IMG/VR virus record: IMGVR_UViG_3300037843_000280
Coordinates: 1-64,000 of that record
From: a virus
DNA: 64,000 nt
Reading direction: 5' to 3' (one strand)
Shown here one piece after another: positions 37,970-48,081 of the stretch (the stretch's first letter is position 1; every line of letters begins with the position of its first letter). The notes beneath the pieces were generated by a model, which was given only the letters and a program-made list of their open reading frames with translations, was not told where the DNA came from and did no database searches. A program made the translations under genes and the position numbers.

Positions 37970-38758
37970 TCAGTAATTTGTCCATATGCATTCGTTGCGG
38001 ATAGAACCATCATTGCTCACGACGGATGTCGTTTGCTTTGTATAGATTGGCTCCCCTAAAACCTTGACGTACAATGGGAAGCGATCCCGATATTCAGTCA
38101 GCATCCACTTAAAGCGTGCCTTGGAAAGTAGCTTAACCATGTCCACATAATCCTGCTCGGGAAGCGGATCGTAGCAGCGCACATCGGCATTGTAGTACGG
38201 AGGATCGAGGAAGACGAGGTCGCGATGTCCGAACTTATTCCAAGGCAGATCACGCCACCCGTAAGCGGTAACAATAGGCCTCTTCTCACACATCAGATCA
38301 TGACAAGTCCGCAATGTGGCGGCAAAGGTTTCAGCTTTAGCGTTTCCCGTACTCGCAGGCCCACCACCACTATAGCCACCACCACCGCGACTCACATGGG
38401 GTTCAAGTAGCAAGCTCTCAATCGTATGTGGAAGACCGTCTTTTTTGATGCGGGTAAAAAAATTTTTGTATTGATGACGCATGGCGGGAATCGTGAGAGG
38501 AATCTCAATAGCGGCTCCGTGAGTTTGAATCGCCCGTAAAAAATCAGCCGTATAAAGGTCGTTCATCCACCACTGTTTGTACCCCATCCGACAAGTCATT
38601 GCGGCCCATGTCACGTTACCACGACCAGCGAAAGCATCTACAAACCAATTTCCTACGGGGGGCATCATAGACACGAGCAGCTTCCCCATACGTGCCTTCG
38701 CGCCCGAATACGCGATGGAGGGCAAGCGTCCGGTTGGAATCAAGACAGGTGTAAGCAC
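37970..38758 (-). CDS. Dam-like (D12 class) N6-adenine DNA methyltransferase (262 aa)
   Basis: FVDAFAGRGNV (motif I) and LDPPYY (motif IV). Confidence 0.7.
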   Translation of the reverse strand: MLTPVLIPTGRLPSIAYSGAKARMGKLLVSMMPPVGNWFVDAFAGRGNVTWAAMTCRMGYKQWWMNDLYTADFLRAIQTHGAAIEIPLTIPAMRHQYKNFFTRIKKDGLPHTIESLLLEPHVSRGGGGYSGGGPASTGNAKAETFAATLRTCHDLMCEKRPIVTAYGWRDLPWNKFGHRDLVFLDPPYYNADVRCYDPLPEQDYVDMVKLLSKARFKWMLTEYRDRFPLYVKVLGEPIYTKQTTSVVSNDGSIRNECIWTNY

Positions 38759-38782
38759 GAAGACAGTTTACTAGAATTTTGA

Positions 38783-39448
38783 CTAGCTGTCAAGTACAAG
38801 GTCTTCCGTGGTTTCGTCTTCTGGTGCGCCGTGCATCGTAACCTTGCCGAGTAGGCGGCGGTTGTAGGACAGCTTCGAGAGTTGGTACACGCCTTTGGAC
38901 ACGAGCAAACGTGGATTGAAGAACATGTGAAGGCGGGTATCAATATCGGCGATTAGCGGATCGGGGACGAAGATGTTGATCCAAAAGCCATGGGATTCCT
39001 CACCATCGCTCTTGCCGATTTGCAAGTAAGGGATGAGTTCTGGCGTGCCAGCAGCAGTGAGTTGCTTGATAGCTTGTGCCTCGTAAGATGGGTTGCAGCC
39101 GATTTTCATGGTACCCCTATCGGCGCAGATGGCGTCTAGGGCCTCGACTAATTCGGGTTCGACGGGGAGTATGTCGGCGAAGTCGCCGTCATGAAGCTTG
39201 GGGTCGTAGCGGGAATACTTACTCGCCTCGTAGGCTTCCTCAGTGACGAGTTGACGCTTGATGACACTGAGCGACTTGCCATTCACTGTGATAAAATTCT
39301 TGCTGGTTTCCGGAATGAGCTTCGACTCTTCGCCAAAATTGATGGAAAACAGCCCGGGCTTGGCGCACTGACGCTCAACCGTGCCGATGCCGAATTCGTC
39401 GTGGTCTACAGTATCGCCAACCTTGAGTTTGATCTGATGTCTAACCAT
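38783..39448 (-). CDS. Hypothetical protein (221 aa); TAG stop backed up by TAG and TAA within 5 codons
   Basis: ORF track. Confidence 0.5.
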   Translation of the reverse strand: MVRHQIKLKVGDTVDHDEFGIGTVERQCAKPGLFSINFGEESKLIPETSKNFITVNGKSLSVIKRQLVTEEAYEASKYSRYDPKLHDGDFADILPVEPELVEALDAICADRGTMKIGCNPSYEAQAIKQLTAAGTPELIPYLQIGKSDGEESHGFWINIFVPDPLIADIDTRLHMFFNPRLLVSKGVYQLSKLSYNRRLLGKVTMHGAPEDETTEDLVLDS

Positions 39449-39580
39449 ACCCTAGTATACAGCGGGGGCCTCGCGTTTGTCCACCCGCTTGAAAATATTT
39501 CCCACGACAGATGTACTTTTTACATAACGACAAATAAATAAGTAACTTACGGCAGGAATCATCGACATAGTGATGTGGCT

Positions 39581-40108
39581 CTACAGCCCGCCGTTGTCGG
39601 GGTAGACCAATCCTGCGCGGTGTAACCAGTTCTTCAGGTAAGGGGCGTCTCCGGGGTTGTTCGCGACGACCTCGCGGTCCCAGTTGGCGCGGGCGGTGCG
39701 CAGTTGCGAGGCGAGTGTTGGCTGGTCCGACTTGTCGATCAGGCTCAACGTGGTGGGACCGATCACGCCGTCCGCCGTGACGCCGAGCAACGCTTGGAGC
39801 ACTTTGACCGCACGCGAGCAGCCGGAGTTGATCCCAAAGTCCATCATCACGCTGGCCAGCCCGTCGTCGTTCACGAAGTCCAGGTGGAGCGGGTGCCAGT
39901 ATTCGCTGCCGTAAATTTGCACTGCCTCGGCGAGCGCCGTGGTGGTGTCGCAGGTGTAGAAGTCCGCAGGTATCTCGGGGTGGGCGTTGCTCGCTATCCC
40001 GAAGCGCGTCCTGCCCCCGATGTCGCCGGGCAGGGTCGTGACCTTGCCGGAAAGCGTGGAGTCCTCGAAGCGGATGACCCACTGGATGATGCCGTTCTTG
40101 TTTGCCAT
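39581..40108 (-). CDS. Endolysin: GH108 lysozyme-like domain plus PG_binding_3 (175 aa)
   Basis: GGRTRFGI and ALLGVTADGVIGPTTL motifs. Confidence 0.65.
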   Translation of the reverse strand: MANKNGIIQWVIRFEDSTLSGKVTTLPGDIGGRTRFGIASNAHPEIPADFYTCDTTTALAEAVQIYGSEYWHPLHLDFVNDDGLASVMMDFGINSGCSRAVKVLQALLGVTADGVIGPTTLSLIDKSDQPTLASQLRTARANWDREVVANNPGDAPYLKNWLHRAGLVYPDNGGL

Positions 40109-40143
40109 TTCAAACCCTCGCTAAAGGGCTTGAAATTAGGGTT

Positions 40144-40395
40144 TTATTCCCTGCGCCAGGTCTTCGCGTCGCCTGATGAACTGTAGGCTCCGCAGCACTG
40201 TGGGACGTTGGGGCTGTAACAGTTGGCGCAGACGGTGACGTTCTTGGTGGATGTGCCGCACATATGAGCGCCGTGATGCTTACACCAGATGCGGCGGACG
40301 AAAGCGGTACGCCTCCAGAAGAAGAAGTAGGCGGAAAACCAGACGTCTCGCCAGCGGAGTTCGCGTTCGGGCTTTATGTATTCAAGCTCGCTCAT
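40144..40395 (-). CDS. Small Cys-rich protein (83 aa)
   Basis: ORF track with ATGA overlap to its neighbour. Confidence 0.45.
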   Translation of the reverse strand: MSELEYIKPERELRWRDVWFSAYFFFWRRTAFVRRIWCKHHGAHMCGTSTKNVTVCANCYSPNVPQCCGAYSSSGDAKTWRRE

Positions 40396-40664
40396 CGCTT
40401 GAAATGCCTCGTTTGGAAGAGCGTATCTTTGACTTGCGACTCAGAGGTATACGTCTTGCGAAGTTCGAGCAGGGAGTCGAGCACGGCCGAGATGGTCCCC
40501 TTGCCGAGCTTCGTGTCGTCCGCGATGAGCGCCACGACCGCGCGGCGGTTAAGTCCGCCGTCATAGAGCCTCTTCACCGCGTCGCTGATGGAGACGATGG
40601 CGGTCGCGAGAACTTCCCTCTCGACCGGGGCTTCCTCGTCCTGCACAATTTTCGCCTTTGTCAT
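40392..40664 (-). CDS. Hypothetical small protein (90 aa)
   Basis: ORF track. Confidence 0.45.
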   Translation of the reverse strand: MTKAKIVQDEEAPVEREVLATAIVSISDAVKRLYDGGLNRRAVVALIADDTKLGKGTISAVLDSLLELRKTYTSESQVKDTLFQTRHFKR

Positions 40665-40665
40665 G

Positions 40666-40902
40666 TCAGCGCTCCTGCTCTGGCGCTGAGTCGCCAGCGG
40701 GGGTTTCTGTCAGTGGGCCGCCCCCGGCGACCGCCATCTTGCGGACCTCCGCGTCGTCGATGTGCGTCGCATTCTTGGTGACGGCTTCCCACAGCTTCGA
40801 CAAGGCAAACCCCTCCTCGGGGTGGATGCCCGACTCTGCGTGCTTCTCGACGACATGGACGAGGTAATCGTAAAGGACATCTGGAAGCTGAATCACACGC
40901 AT
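40666..40902 (-). CDS. Hypothetical small protein (78 aa)
   Basis: ORF track. GGAG RBS. Confidence 0.45.
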   Translation of the reverse strand: MRVIQLPDVLYDYLVHVVEKHAESGIHPEEGFALSKLWEAVTKNATHIDDAEVRKMAVAGGGPLTETPAGDSAPEQER

Positions 40903-40974
40903 TGGGTTTTCTCCGAAAGGTTAATACTGAGATGGGTAGCAGTTTGGCGAATCCAAACGATGAACTCAATTCGC

Positions 40975-41505
40975 TTAGTCTTGAGGAGCGGGGGGCGGCA
41001 CTGGGAGCGCCAAGCCGAGGTCCAACGGCGGGAACGCCACGTTCAAGGGCAGTAACGGTTCCGGGGTGTAGAGAAGCTCGCGCAGCCTGACGCTCGCCGG
41101 GACACTGAGTTCCTTGGTCACCATGCCGAGCCACGGACGCCAGTTCCCGGCATAGACGCGGGACGCTTGCGCCAGAGTCATGTCAGGATTGAATCGTCTT
41201 GACCGGCCGTCTACCATCTTGGACAGGTAGTCTTTGAGCGCCGCCCATCCGGCAGCATCGCTCTTGAACACGATGTGACCGCCTTTCCCCAGCGTTTTTT
41301 GACCGGGTAGCGGGTGGTAAATCCGGGCGGACTTGAGGTCGCCGGGATTGTGGTATCTCGTCGGGATCGCATGGCGGACCCCGAAACCTTCGGCATGCGC
41401 CACGGCGGCAGCAAAGGAGTCTAGCTTTTGCGCATCCAAAGTCTGGCTCTGCCCAATAGCTGGGAGCAGGGACAAGCCTAAGGCTAGCAACAGTTTAGCT
41501 TTCAT
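40975..41505 (-). CDS. Secreted protein with signal peptide (176 aa); candidate lysis accessory
   Basis: MKAKLLLALGLSLLPAIGQSQ signal peptide. GGAGGA RBS. A TGGACG-N18-TATACT promoter-like sequence lies upstream. Confidence 0.5.
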   Translation of the reverse strand: MKAKLLLALGLSLLPAIGQSQTLDAQKLDSFAAAVAHAEGFGVRHAIPTRYHNPGDLKSARIYHPLPGQKTLGKGGHIVFKSDAAGWAALKDYLSKMVDGRSRRFNPDMTLAQASRVYAGNWRPWLGMVTKELSVPASVRLRELLYTPEPLLPLNVAFPPLDLGLALPVPPPAPQD

Positions 41506-41597
41506 TGTTCCTCCGTTCAGGAATAGTATACGTTCGCTTTCGTCGTTTCGTCCACCCGTAATATGCAGATTAGGCGGGACTTATTTTATGTTTGCCT

Positions 41598-41645
41598 CCC
41601 AAAAACACGAAAGGGAGCATTTCGGCTCTATAGCTTGGATGCTCC
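41598..41645 (-). terminator. Candidate minus-strand terminator (gggagcat/atgctccc 8-bp stem, then TTTCGTGTTTTT)
   Basis: Hairpin and T-tract seen in the sequence. Confidence 0.35.
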
Positions 41646-41705
41646 CACTAGACACATAATACCCGAAAGTTGGGAAAAGGGCAAGTTTTCAGGATTTCCC
41701 CTTTG

Positions 41706-41767
41706 TTTTCAACAGGTTAAAACCAGACAAAACGGGCTGGCAGCCTGTATACTGTTGGCGGAGGAAG
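41706..41767 (+). promoter_or_regulatory. Copy A of the 62-nt promoter/operator/RBS cassette: -35 CAGACA (41724..41729), near-palindrome GGCTGGCAGCC, -10 TG-TATACT (41748..41753), GGAGGAAG RBS
   Basis: 59 of 62 nt identical to the copy at 57450..57511. Confidence 0.6.
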
Positions 41768-41773
41768 ACAACA

Positions 41774-42145
41774 ATGAAAACTTTTCTGGCAACGCTTGCG
41801 GCAATCCTGTGTTCCGTCGCCGTGCTGATCCTCGCGCAGGTTTTGTACGTCAGATACGTGGACTACACCCAAGCGCAGGAGCATGAACAGTGGTCGCAGC
41901 AGGAATCGGACAAGCTAGACCAGGCCATCAAAAAGAACGTGGTCGAAAACTGGAACTACAAAGCCTGCGCCGAGCTTCTGGGAACGAGGGACAAGGACGG
42001 GCTTGGATACCCCATGGAGGGCGACAACCTTCAATGGTTCCAAGACCACACCCACGAACTGACGCCCGTCACCGGCGTCACCTACTTCGGTGGCGGGATG
42101 AGCGACAGGGACATGGCTGCTTGCCGAGATAGAGCACGAGAGTAA
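41774..42145 (+). CDS. Small single-pass membrane protein (123 aa) driven by cassette A; possible holin/spanin-like or exclusion protein
   Basis: ORF track. N-terminal TM segment TFLATLAAILCSVAVLILAQVLYV. Confidence 0.55.
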   Translation: MKTFLATLAAILCSVAVLILAQVLYVRYVDYTQAQEHEQWSQQESDKLDQAIKKNVVENWNYKACAELLGTRDKDGLGYPMEGDNLQWFQDHTHELTPVTGVTYFGGGMSDRDMAACRDRARE

Positions 42146-42194
42146 GAGAAGCAGGATTGACCGCAAGGCACTAAGCGCGGCAATGCGCAAAAAC

Positions 42195-45100
42195 TTAAAT
42201 CATCGACGAGAAGCGCGTCGGGACATGCGGCTCGTAGACGAACGTCACCGTTTGGGTGATCGCATCGTAAGCAACGACGCGACCGATGCAGATGACCCAG
42301 CCGACTGGGCCGAACGGGGGACTTCCGGTCCCGGTCGTCAGCGAGGTGTAGTCCTGCGTCAGCCTGCCGTCCATGCCGACGTACAGCAAGCCTCCCACCA
42401 TGATCTGGTCGGCGGCGGTGACGGGAGACAGGAAATACTGCTCGCCGTAATACGATGTAACCTTCACCGATTGCCCCTGTGTGCCGGAAGTCAGCATAAC
42501 ACCGTCGGGGTTTGGCGCGAGAACAGCACCGGACGAGTCGATGGCGTAAAGGACGGACGAGGGCGGGACCTCCGCCGTAGGCCCGTAGTTCGCGTGGCCG
42601 GGAAAGCTGAAGGTGACAGAGGTCGGAGTTGCCGCCGTAGTGGTCACGACCTGACCGTTCAGGAACGACGCGTTCTGCAAGCCGGAAAAAGTGACGAGTT
42701 CGCCGCCGCCAGTTTGGAAGTGGTTTAGCGTCGTCGTGATCATGAAATTGCTCGATGCGTCGCTCTGCACGTTACTGATGGTCGGCACGATGGGGTCGAG
42801 CGGCGTGGCGTGTCCGTTGGCGTCGATGCTGACAGCCGTGAGCGCGGGGACGGGCGGGGCGAACCAGAACGGCACGTCCAAATTATAGTTCCTCGTGTTG
42901 CCTTGCGTGATCACCGTGTTGCCGCCGGGCGGGGACGTCACCTGCGACAGGATCATGCTGAACGTGCTACCTGGCTCGATGTCCGCCGTGCCGCCCGCCA
43001 GGTTGGTGGAGGCGAGCACCTCCACTCTGTCGCCCGCGCTGAATAGCTGGTTGAATGTGATGTTGGTCGTGGTCGCCCCGGCAGCCGCAGTGACGCTGGA
43101 CGCGGTCGCGATGGCTGTGCCGTTCTGCGTCACCGTGATCGTGTACGTCCCGGCGGACGGGACGTCCCACGCGAACGTGCCGATGCCGTTGTATGTCCCG
43201 GCAGCCTGGATGGTGAACAGGCCCGGCTGCAATGTGGTGACGTTCCCCGTGTAGTCGAAGTCCTGCGGAAGTTGAAGCACATCGAAGTTGACCTGCGCGT
43301 TGGTGCCGGGTGGCACCGGGGTCAGGGTCGTGTACACCGAGACGTGGAACCCGATCTGCTGCGTGGCTTGGAGCAGGGCGTTCGCGGTTGCCAATCCCTG
43401 CGCGATGGACGCCTGCATATTGCTCTTCCACACGTTGATCCCGGCGTAGCTGAGGTTCGTGCGGAGCATCGCGATCTGGACGGGAATCGGCTGCGCCTGG
43501 ATGTCCGGGCGGGAGAGGAACGCGACCGGGTTGAAGTCCATGTTGTTGATCCAGCCGTTGTCGTTGACGTTGGGGCTGAAGCCGCTGGGCGGGATCGTGA
43601 TCGGCTCCACGGGGATCGTCGGCAACGGCGTGCCGGGCGTCCACGTGCGGCTGCGCGACGCCACATCCAGGAGAAGCGAATTGTACGCGGTCGGGTCTCC
43701 CAAGGGGTTGACCGCGCCGTTGAAAATCTCCGGGTATGTCGCGGCTTGCTGCACGAGGTAAGGGTCTTGCGCAAGAAACACCGATAGGTTCGTCGCAAAG
43801 TCCCTCCAGAACTGGCTGAAGCGGTCAACCTGCGTCGCCTGCGCGAATTGATTGTACGTGAAACGGTTCGCGAGGCGCGGGGACAGGTAGGCAGTGTCGG
43901 CTTGGATGTCTGCCGAAGCAAGCTCGATGACGACGTTCATGGCGTTTTGGAACGACGTCGGGAACGTGATCGGCATGGGGAATTCCGCCGTACCTACGCC
44001 TAGCGTTAAGGTGGTGACCGACGTCGAGATCGCCGTCGATTGGTAGTCGAGGTCTGACCCGGTCGGCCCGGACAGGTACGTGTTGTCCTGGTACGAGTCC
44101 CACTGCGGGTTGCGCGTGTAGCCGAGCAGGGAAGCCTCGACGTAGGAAAGTTGCCACAGCAGGTGGTTAAGCTGGTTCGGTGTGAGGCTGGCGAATGTCT
44201 GGAGCAGCGGAATCTGCGGGACGTTCGAATAGATCGTATTCGCCGGGGCGGTTTCCCACACGGTCGCGTCCGTGCCGGGGACAACGTCCGTGTTAGCGGC
44301 GAGGGCAAGCCAGGTGCCGCCGCTGTACGTAACCACGTCGTTGGCGGCGTAGGTGGTGGTGGTGTTCCACGTACTCATCCATAGGAAATTTGTCAAGCCG
44401 AGGACGTCGTTCCACGGCACCGAAAGGGTCGTTACGGTGCTGACTGAGGGCTGGATGTAGTTTGTGTAAGCCGTCTGGAAATTCGGAATCCACACGCCGC
44501 CTCTGCCTTGGCGGTCGAGATTAAGATAGATCAGCCAAGCAGCGGTGAGCAGCGGGTCGAAGTTGGACGCGGCGATGTTTCCAAGGTTCACGAAGTGGAT
44601 CAGGTCCTTGCGAAGCTGGAGGTCGCGGAGCGCGTAGTTCGGGTTGCTGTAATCCGGGTCGCCGACGAAGACCGTATTGCCGCGCAGCGCCGGGACGATG
44701 CTCACGATGAAGTTGTCGAACACGTTCGCCGAAAGCTGCCAGTTTGAGATGACATAATGCGGGTCGGGCATCGCGCCCCACATGTTTTGGAGCGGGTTGA
44801 ATGCTGGTGTAGCCACCGATGGCGACATAGTCTGAAACACGGGATCGGCCGTGTTTGCCTGCATCGAGGCGATGAAGGCGGCGTTGGTCTGGTCTTGGCT
44901 CGGACTCACTACGCTCCCGCTGAACGGCGGTGTGAAGTAGCTCGCAGAGCCGAATGTCAGACCGCTGTAACTCGTTACGGACAGTGGGTCCGTGGTGAAT
45001 ATGCTCGACGATGACGATGTGCTCGGCGATGTGGGGCCAAGTGAACATTGGCTAAATGTGAAGTTGAAGTTGAATGACGTGTTCGACTTGAGTGCGGAGA

Positions 45101-45650
45101 ACAGTGCCAGCGGCGAGAACTGGAAACCGTTCCAGTTCCAAATCTGGTCAGGGAACAGGTTCGGGATCGAGGGCAGCGCCGGGATGCCCCAGTTGCAGAT
45201 GTTGTTCAGCAGGTTCGCTATCGAGTTCAGCACCGCCTGGACCATCGCGAGCATGGACTGCTCGATGGAGAGAAGCTGGGCGATGTTGCCTTGAATCGCG
45301 CTGACCAGACCGGCGATCTCCTGCTGGAGTTCCTGCGCCGTCTGGAGGATGCTGATCGAGTCGGCGATGTACTTAGGTATCCTTCCCGACTTGCCAAGCT
45401 GCCCGTCCACGGCGAGCGAATTCATGTGCGTGTACGAGGTGATGTACTTCTTGAGAAGCTGCATTTTCTGAAGAAGCAAATTGTTGGCATCGGCGATGCT
45501 CGACTCAAGAAAACGCCCCTGCTCCATCGCGTTGTGGTAGTACTTCTCGATGGTGGGATCGCCCAGCGGCGAGTGGCGGATCACCGCACCTTTGGCCTTA
45601 ATGGGCCAAAGCAACGCTGTCTGTTCCGCTGATGTGAGACTGTCTGCCAT
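42195..45650 (-). CDS. Large baseplate/fibre-associated structural protein (1151 aa) with a C-terminal FLNGQ repeat
   Basis: ORF track. Carries LQNASFLNGQVVTTTAATPTSVTFSF. Confidence 0.6.
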   Translation of the reverse strand: MADSLTSAEQTALLWPIKAKGAVIRHSPLGDPTIEKYYHNAMEQGRFLESSIADANNLLLQKMQLLKKYITSYTHMNSLAVDGQLGKSGRIPKYIADSISILQTAQELQQEIAGLVSAIQGNIAQLLSIEQSMLAMVQAVLNSIANLLNNICNWGIPALPSIPNLFPDQIWNWNGFQFSPLALFSALKSNTSFNFNFTFSQCSLGPTSPSTSSSSSIFTTDPLSVTSYSGLTFGSASYFTPPFSGSVVSPSQDQTNAAFIASMQANTADPVFQTMSPSVATPAFNPLQNMWGAMPDPHYVISNWQLSANVFDNFIVSIVPALRGNTVFVGDPDYSNPNYALRDLQLRKDLIHFVNLGNIAASNFDPLLTAAWLIYLNLDRQGRGGVWIPNFQTAYTNYIQPSVSTVTTLSVPWNDVLGLTNFLWMSTWNTTTTYAANDVVTYSGGTWLALAANTDVVPGTDATVWETAPANTIYSNVPQIPLLQTFASLTPNQLNHLLWQLSYVEASLLGYTRNPQWDSYQDNTYLSGPTGSDLDYQSTAISTSVTTLTLGVGTAEFPMPITFPTSFQNAMNVVIELASADIQADTAYLSPRLANRFTYNQFAQATQVDRFSQFWRDFATNLSVFLAQDPYLVQQAATYPEIFNGAVNPLGDPTAYNSLLLDVASRSRTWTPGTPLPTIPVEPITIPPSGFSPNVNDNGWINNMDFNPVAFLSRPDIQAQPIPVQIAMLRTNLSYAGINVWKSNMQASIAQGLATANALLQATQQIGFHVSVYTTLTPVPPGTNAQVNFDVLQLPQDFDYTGNVTTLQPGLFTIQAAGTYNGIGTFAWDVPSAGTYTITVTQNGTAIATASSVTAAAGATTTNITFNQLFSAGDRVEVLASTNLAGGTADIEPGSTFSMILSQVTSPPGGNTVITQGNTRNYNLDVPFWFAPPVPALTAVSIDANGHATPLDPIVPTISNVQSDASSNFMITTTLNHFQTGGGELVTFSGLQNASFLNGQVVTTTAATPTSVTFSFPGHANYGPTAEVPPSSVLYAIDSSGAVLAPNPDGVMLTSGTQGQSVKVTSYYGEQYFLSPVTAADQIMVGGLLYVGMDGRLTQDYTSLTTGTGSPPFGPVGWVICIGRVVAYDAITQTVTFVYEPHVPTRFSSMI

Positions 45651-48079
45651 TAGCTGTTCTCGTCGGACTGGTACAAGCCTTGGTTGTGAACAATGTCTGG
45701 TGCCTCGGTCGTGTCACGCACGAGGGATGCGCTGATCTTTTTCTGCTGCGTCTCGACGTTGTCCGTCTTAACGATCTGGCGGCGCGTGGTGTACTCAAGC
45801 GTGGCGTCGCCCGAGCAATAGTAGTTCAGGTTTCCGCGCTGGGAAATGTCGATGTCACCGTCGATCATGAGGCGCAGCGCCTTGCCCTGCTTGTTCGCCT
45901 TGATCGTGATCTCGACGCCGCCCTCCAGCGCCGCCGTAATGGAGCGCCCCTGGTTGTCCGTGCCGAGATCGAAGACGAGGCCGCCCGCCGTGTCGATCAG
46001 GATGGACTGGTTGGAGTCCGGGTTCGCGCCGACACGCAACAGGATGTCCCTCACGGCATGTAAGTCTAGGGACTGACCGTGCGAGTCCATCGGCGAGCCG
46101 GGCTGCGACTGGCTCGTGATCGGCGTGCCGGACCAGACATAGGGTGCTTGGAAGATGGACGGCAGGATAGGGGAGCCAGCCTGCGTGAGGTCGTGGAACT
46201 GGTAAACCGAGTCTCCGGCTCCGTAATCCGCCCTGTAGCTCTTCGAGTCCACGCGGGCGGCGTCGTTGATGCCGTAGGGGTGCTTGCCGGGTCCGTCTTG
46301 GTACCCGTTGTACAGGTGGCGACGCTTGGCTGACGGGTCTTTTGCACCGAGGCGGAGCACGGTGCCCCCGTCAAACGCGCCACGGAGCGAGACGCTCTCG
46401 CCCCCGGTCTTCATGGTCAGGCTGCCCGCGTCGCCCGGTTTGAGCGCGACGCCGTTTTGGCCCCAGAATTGGAGCGTGCGGTTGCCGACCAAATCTTTCC
46501 GGCTCCTGATCTGCGTTTGCGTCACGCGGCCGTCATTGCGCTGCGGGTTCGGTACCGACGTATCGTCCGATCCGAGGCGAAGCACGACTTGGCCGAGCGC
46601 CGTGAGGTCGAGTGACTCCTCTTCGTCGCGGTTCTTGCCGAAGACGACTTGCGCCGAGCCAACAATGTTTGCCTCAAGCGAGCGCCCGGCCCCGAACGAG
46701 TATTCGTACCCATTCGTCGGCATGAGCGGGATGTTCTCCTTGGGCAGCGTGGAGCCAATCTCCATCTGCACCAAGCCTTCCTTCGTGACGTTGAGGCGGG
46801 TCGTGTTCTGCTCGTATGGGAAGCGGATCGCGAGGCATGACGCCGCGAGCCTAGCCTCGGCATGGTCTGTCGAATCGACCACGGGGGCGTAGCCGGATTC
46901 CACACTTGCACCAAATTTGCCGAGATAGGGCATATTCGGCGTGCCAACAAAAAGCTGGGGTTTGAGCACCCTGCCGTATGTGCTCGTGTCGAAAAGGTTG
47001 TAGCCCACCAGCGTCCCGGCAGTGCTCTCCATGATGTAGCCCCGGCGCTGCGGCGTGACTCCCTCGTTCAGCAGCGGCCCGACAGCCTTGACGCGGTCGT
47101 CGAATGGGTCGTCCCAGCCTTGATTGATCTCGAACGATTCGCTATCGAACGCGGGAACGGTGCCGTTGGCCGGTGTGACCGTCGTGCGGAGCCATGGGTC
47201 AGCGGTCGTGCCAAGGATGGTATCGAGCAACGGGGTTTGCAACACCTCGTAGGGCACCGGGTAGTCAAGCGAGAACTCCTGCACAAGCTCCGTGTGCTCG
47301 CTGAACGGGATCACGTCGGGCTTCCCGCTGGTGTAGCGGTCGGACGGCTGAGCGCCTGGCTGCAAGTACGCGATGTAGTCGTTGGTGCCGTCCGGCAGTA
47401 GTGTTGGCACGATGCTCGAAGGCGCTGGGACGGGGTTCGCGGGCGTAGGGACGGTCGAGGGCGTCAGGACGGTGTTCGGGCTTGCCGGACGGCTGACGGA
47501 GCCTTGGTACGAGACCCCGGCGTCGCTATACGCCACTCTGCGCCCGGCGATCTGCGTCCACTGGCGTTTGTCGGAGTCCAGCTTGTCGCGGGAGAGGTCT
47601 GCCGTCTGCCTGTCCCACGCGGTGTCGATCCTCTCGGAGAAGCCGCCCGTGTAGGTCGAGGTCTTCGAGCCGGGGTACGCCTTGCGGTACGACAAGCGAG
47701 TGCGGTCAGTATACCCTTGGATGGAATCGCCAGTAATGGGACGGTTGGCAATGGCGTCGATGCCGATGTACACCTGAGACTGAACCCACGCCACGATGAT
47801 TGGAAAACGGAACGTCCCCTCGTAAGCCCAGTTGCACGCCACGCCTATAGCGCCTGGCTCGGGCATATTGATGTCTACGCTCTCAAACGACGCCGTATTG
47901 GCAGGAAAGACCGAGATGTCGCCGTAAATCAGGTTGTCTTTGATGTCACGGACGGTCAGCACCCTGCGCTCGAAGTCCACCGACAGAACCTCAACGAGAA
48001 ATACCTCATTCGCGATCCTAGTGTGTTCGCGCTCGAACGGAACTTTGGGGTAGTACTTTGTGTTTTCTCTGATTGCCAT
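45650..48079 (-). CDS. Baseplate/tail structural protein (809 aa)
   Basis: ORF track. TAATG coupling to its neighbour. Confidence 0.55.
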   Translation of the reverse strand: MAIRENTKYYPKVPFEREHTRIANEVFLVEVLSVDFERRVLTVRDIKDNLIYGDISVFPANTASFESVDINMPEPGAIGVACNWAYEGTFRFPIIVAWVQSQVYIGIDAIANRPITGDSIQGYTDRTRLSYRKAYPGSKTSTYTGGFSERIDTAWDRQTADLSRDKLDSDKRQWTQIAGRRVAYSDAGVSYQGSVSRPASPNTVLTPSTVPTPANPVPAPSSIVPTLLPDGTNDYIAYLQPGAQPSDRYTSGKPDVIPFSEHTELVQEFSLDYPVPYEVLQTPLLDTILGTTADPWLRTTVTPANGTVPAFDSESFEINQGWDDPFDDRVKAVGPLLNEGVTPQRRGYIMESTAGTLVGYNLFDTSTYGRVLKPQLFVGTPNMPYLGKFGASVESGYAPVVDSTDHAEARLAASCLAIRFPYEQNTTRLNVTKEGLVQMEIGSTLPKENIPLMPTNGYEYSFGAGRSLEANIVGSAQVVFGKNRDEEESLDLTALGQVVLRLGSDDTSVPNPQRNDGRVTQTQIRSRKDLVGNRTLQFWGQNGVALKPGDAGSLTMKTGGESVSLRGAFDGGTVLRLGAKDPSAKRRHLYNGYQDGPGKHPYGINDAARVDSKSYRADYGAGDSVYQFHDLTQAGSPILPSIFQAPYVWSGTPITSQSQPGSPMDSHGQSLDLHAVRDILLRVGANPDSNQSILIDTAGGLVFDLGTDNQGRSITAALEGGVEITIKANKQGKALRLMIDGDIDISQRGNLNYYCSGDATLEYTTRRQIVKTDNVETQQKKISASLVRDTTEAPDIVHNQGLYQSDENS

Positions 48080-48081
48080 CT

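Noticed and set aside
39441-40082. 213-aa minus-strand ORF overlapping the endolysin gene
   Set aside because: It is an Arg-rich alternative frame of the GH108 gene and is not credible.
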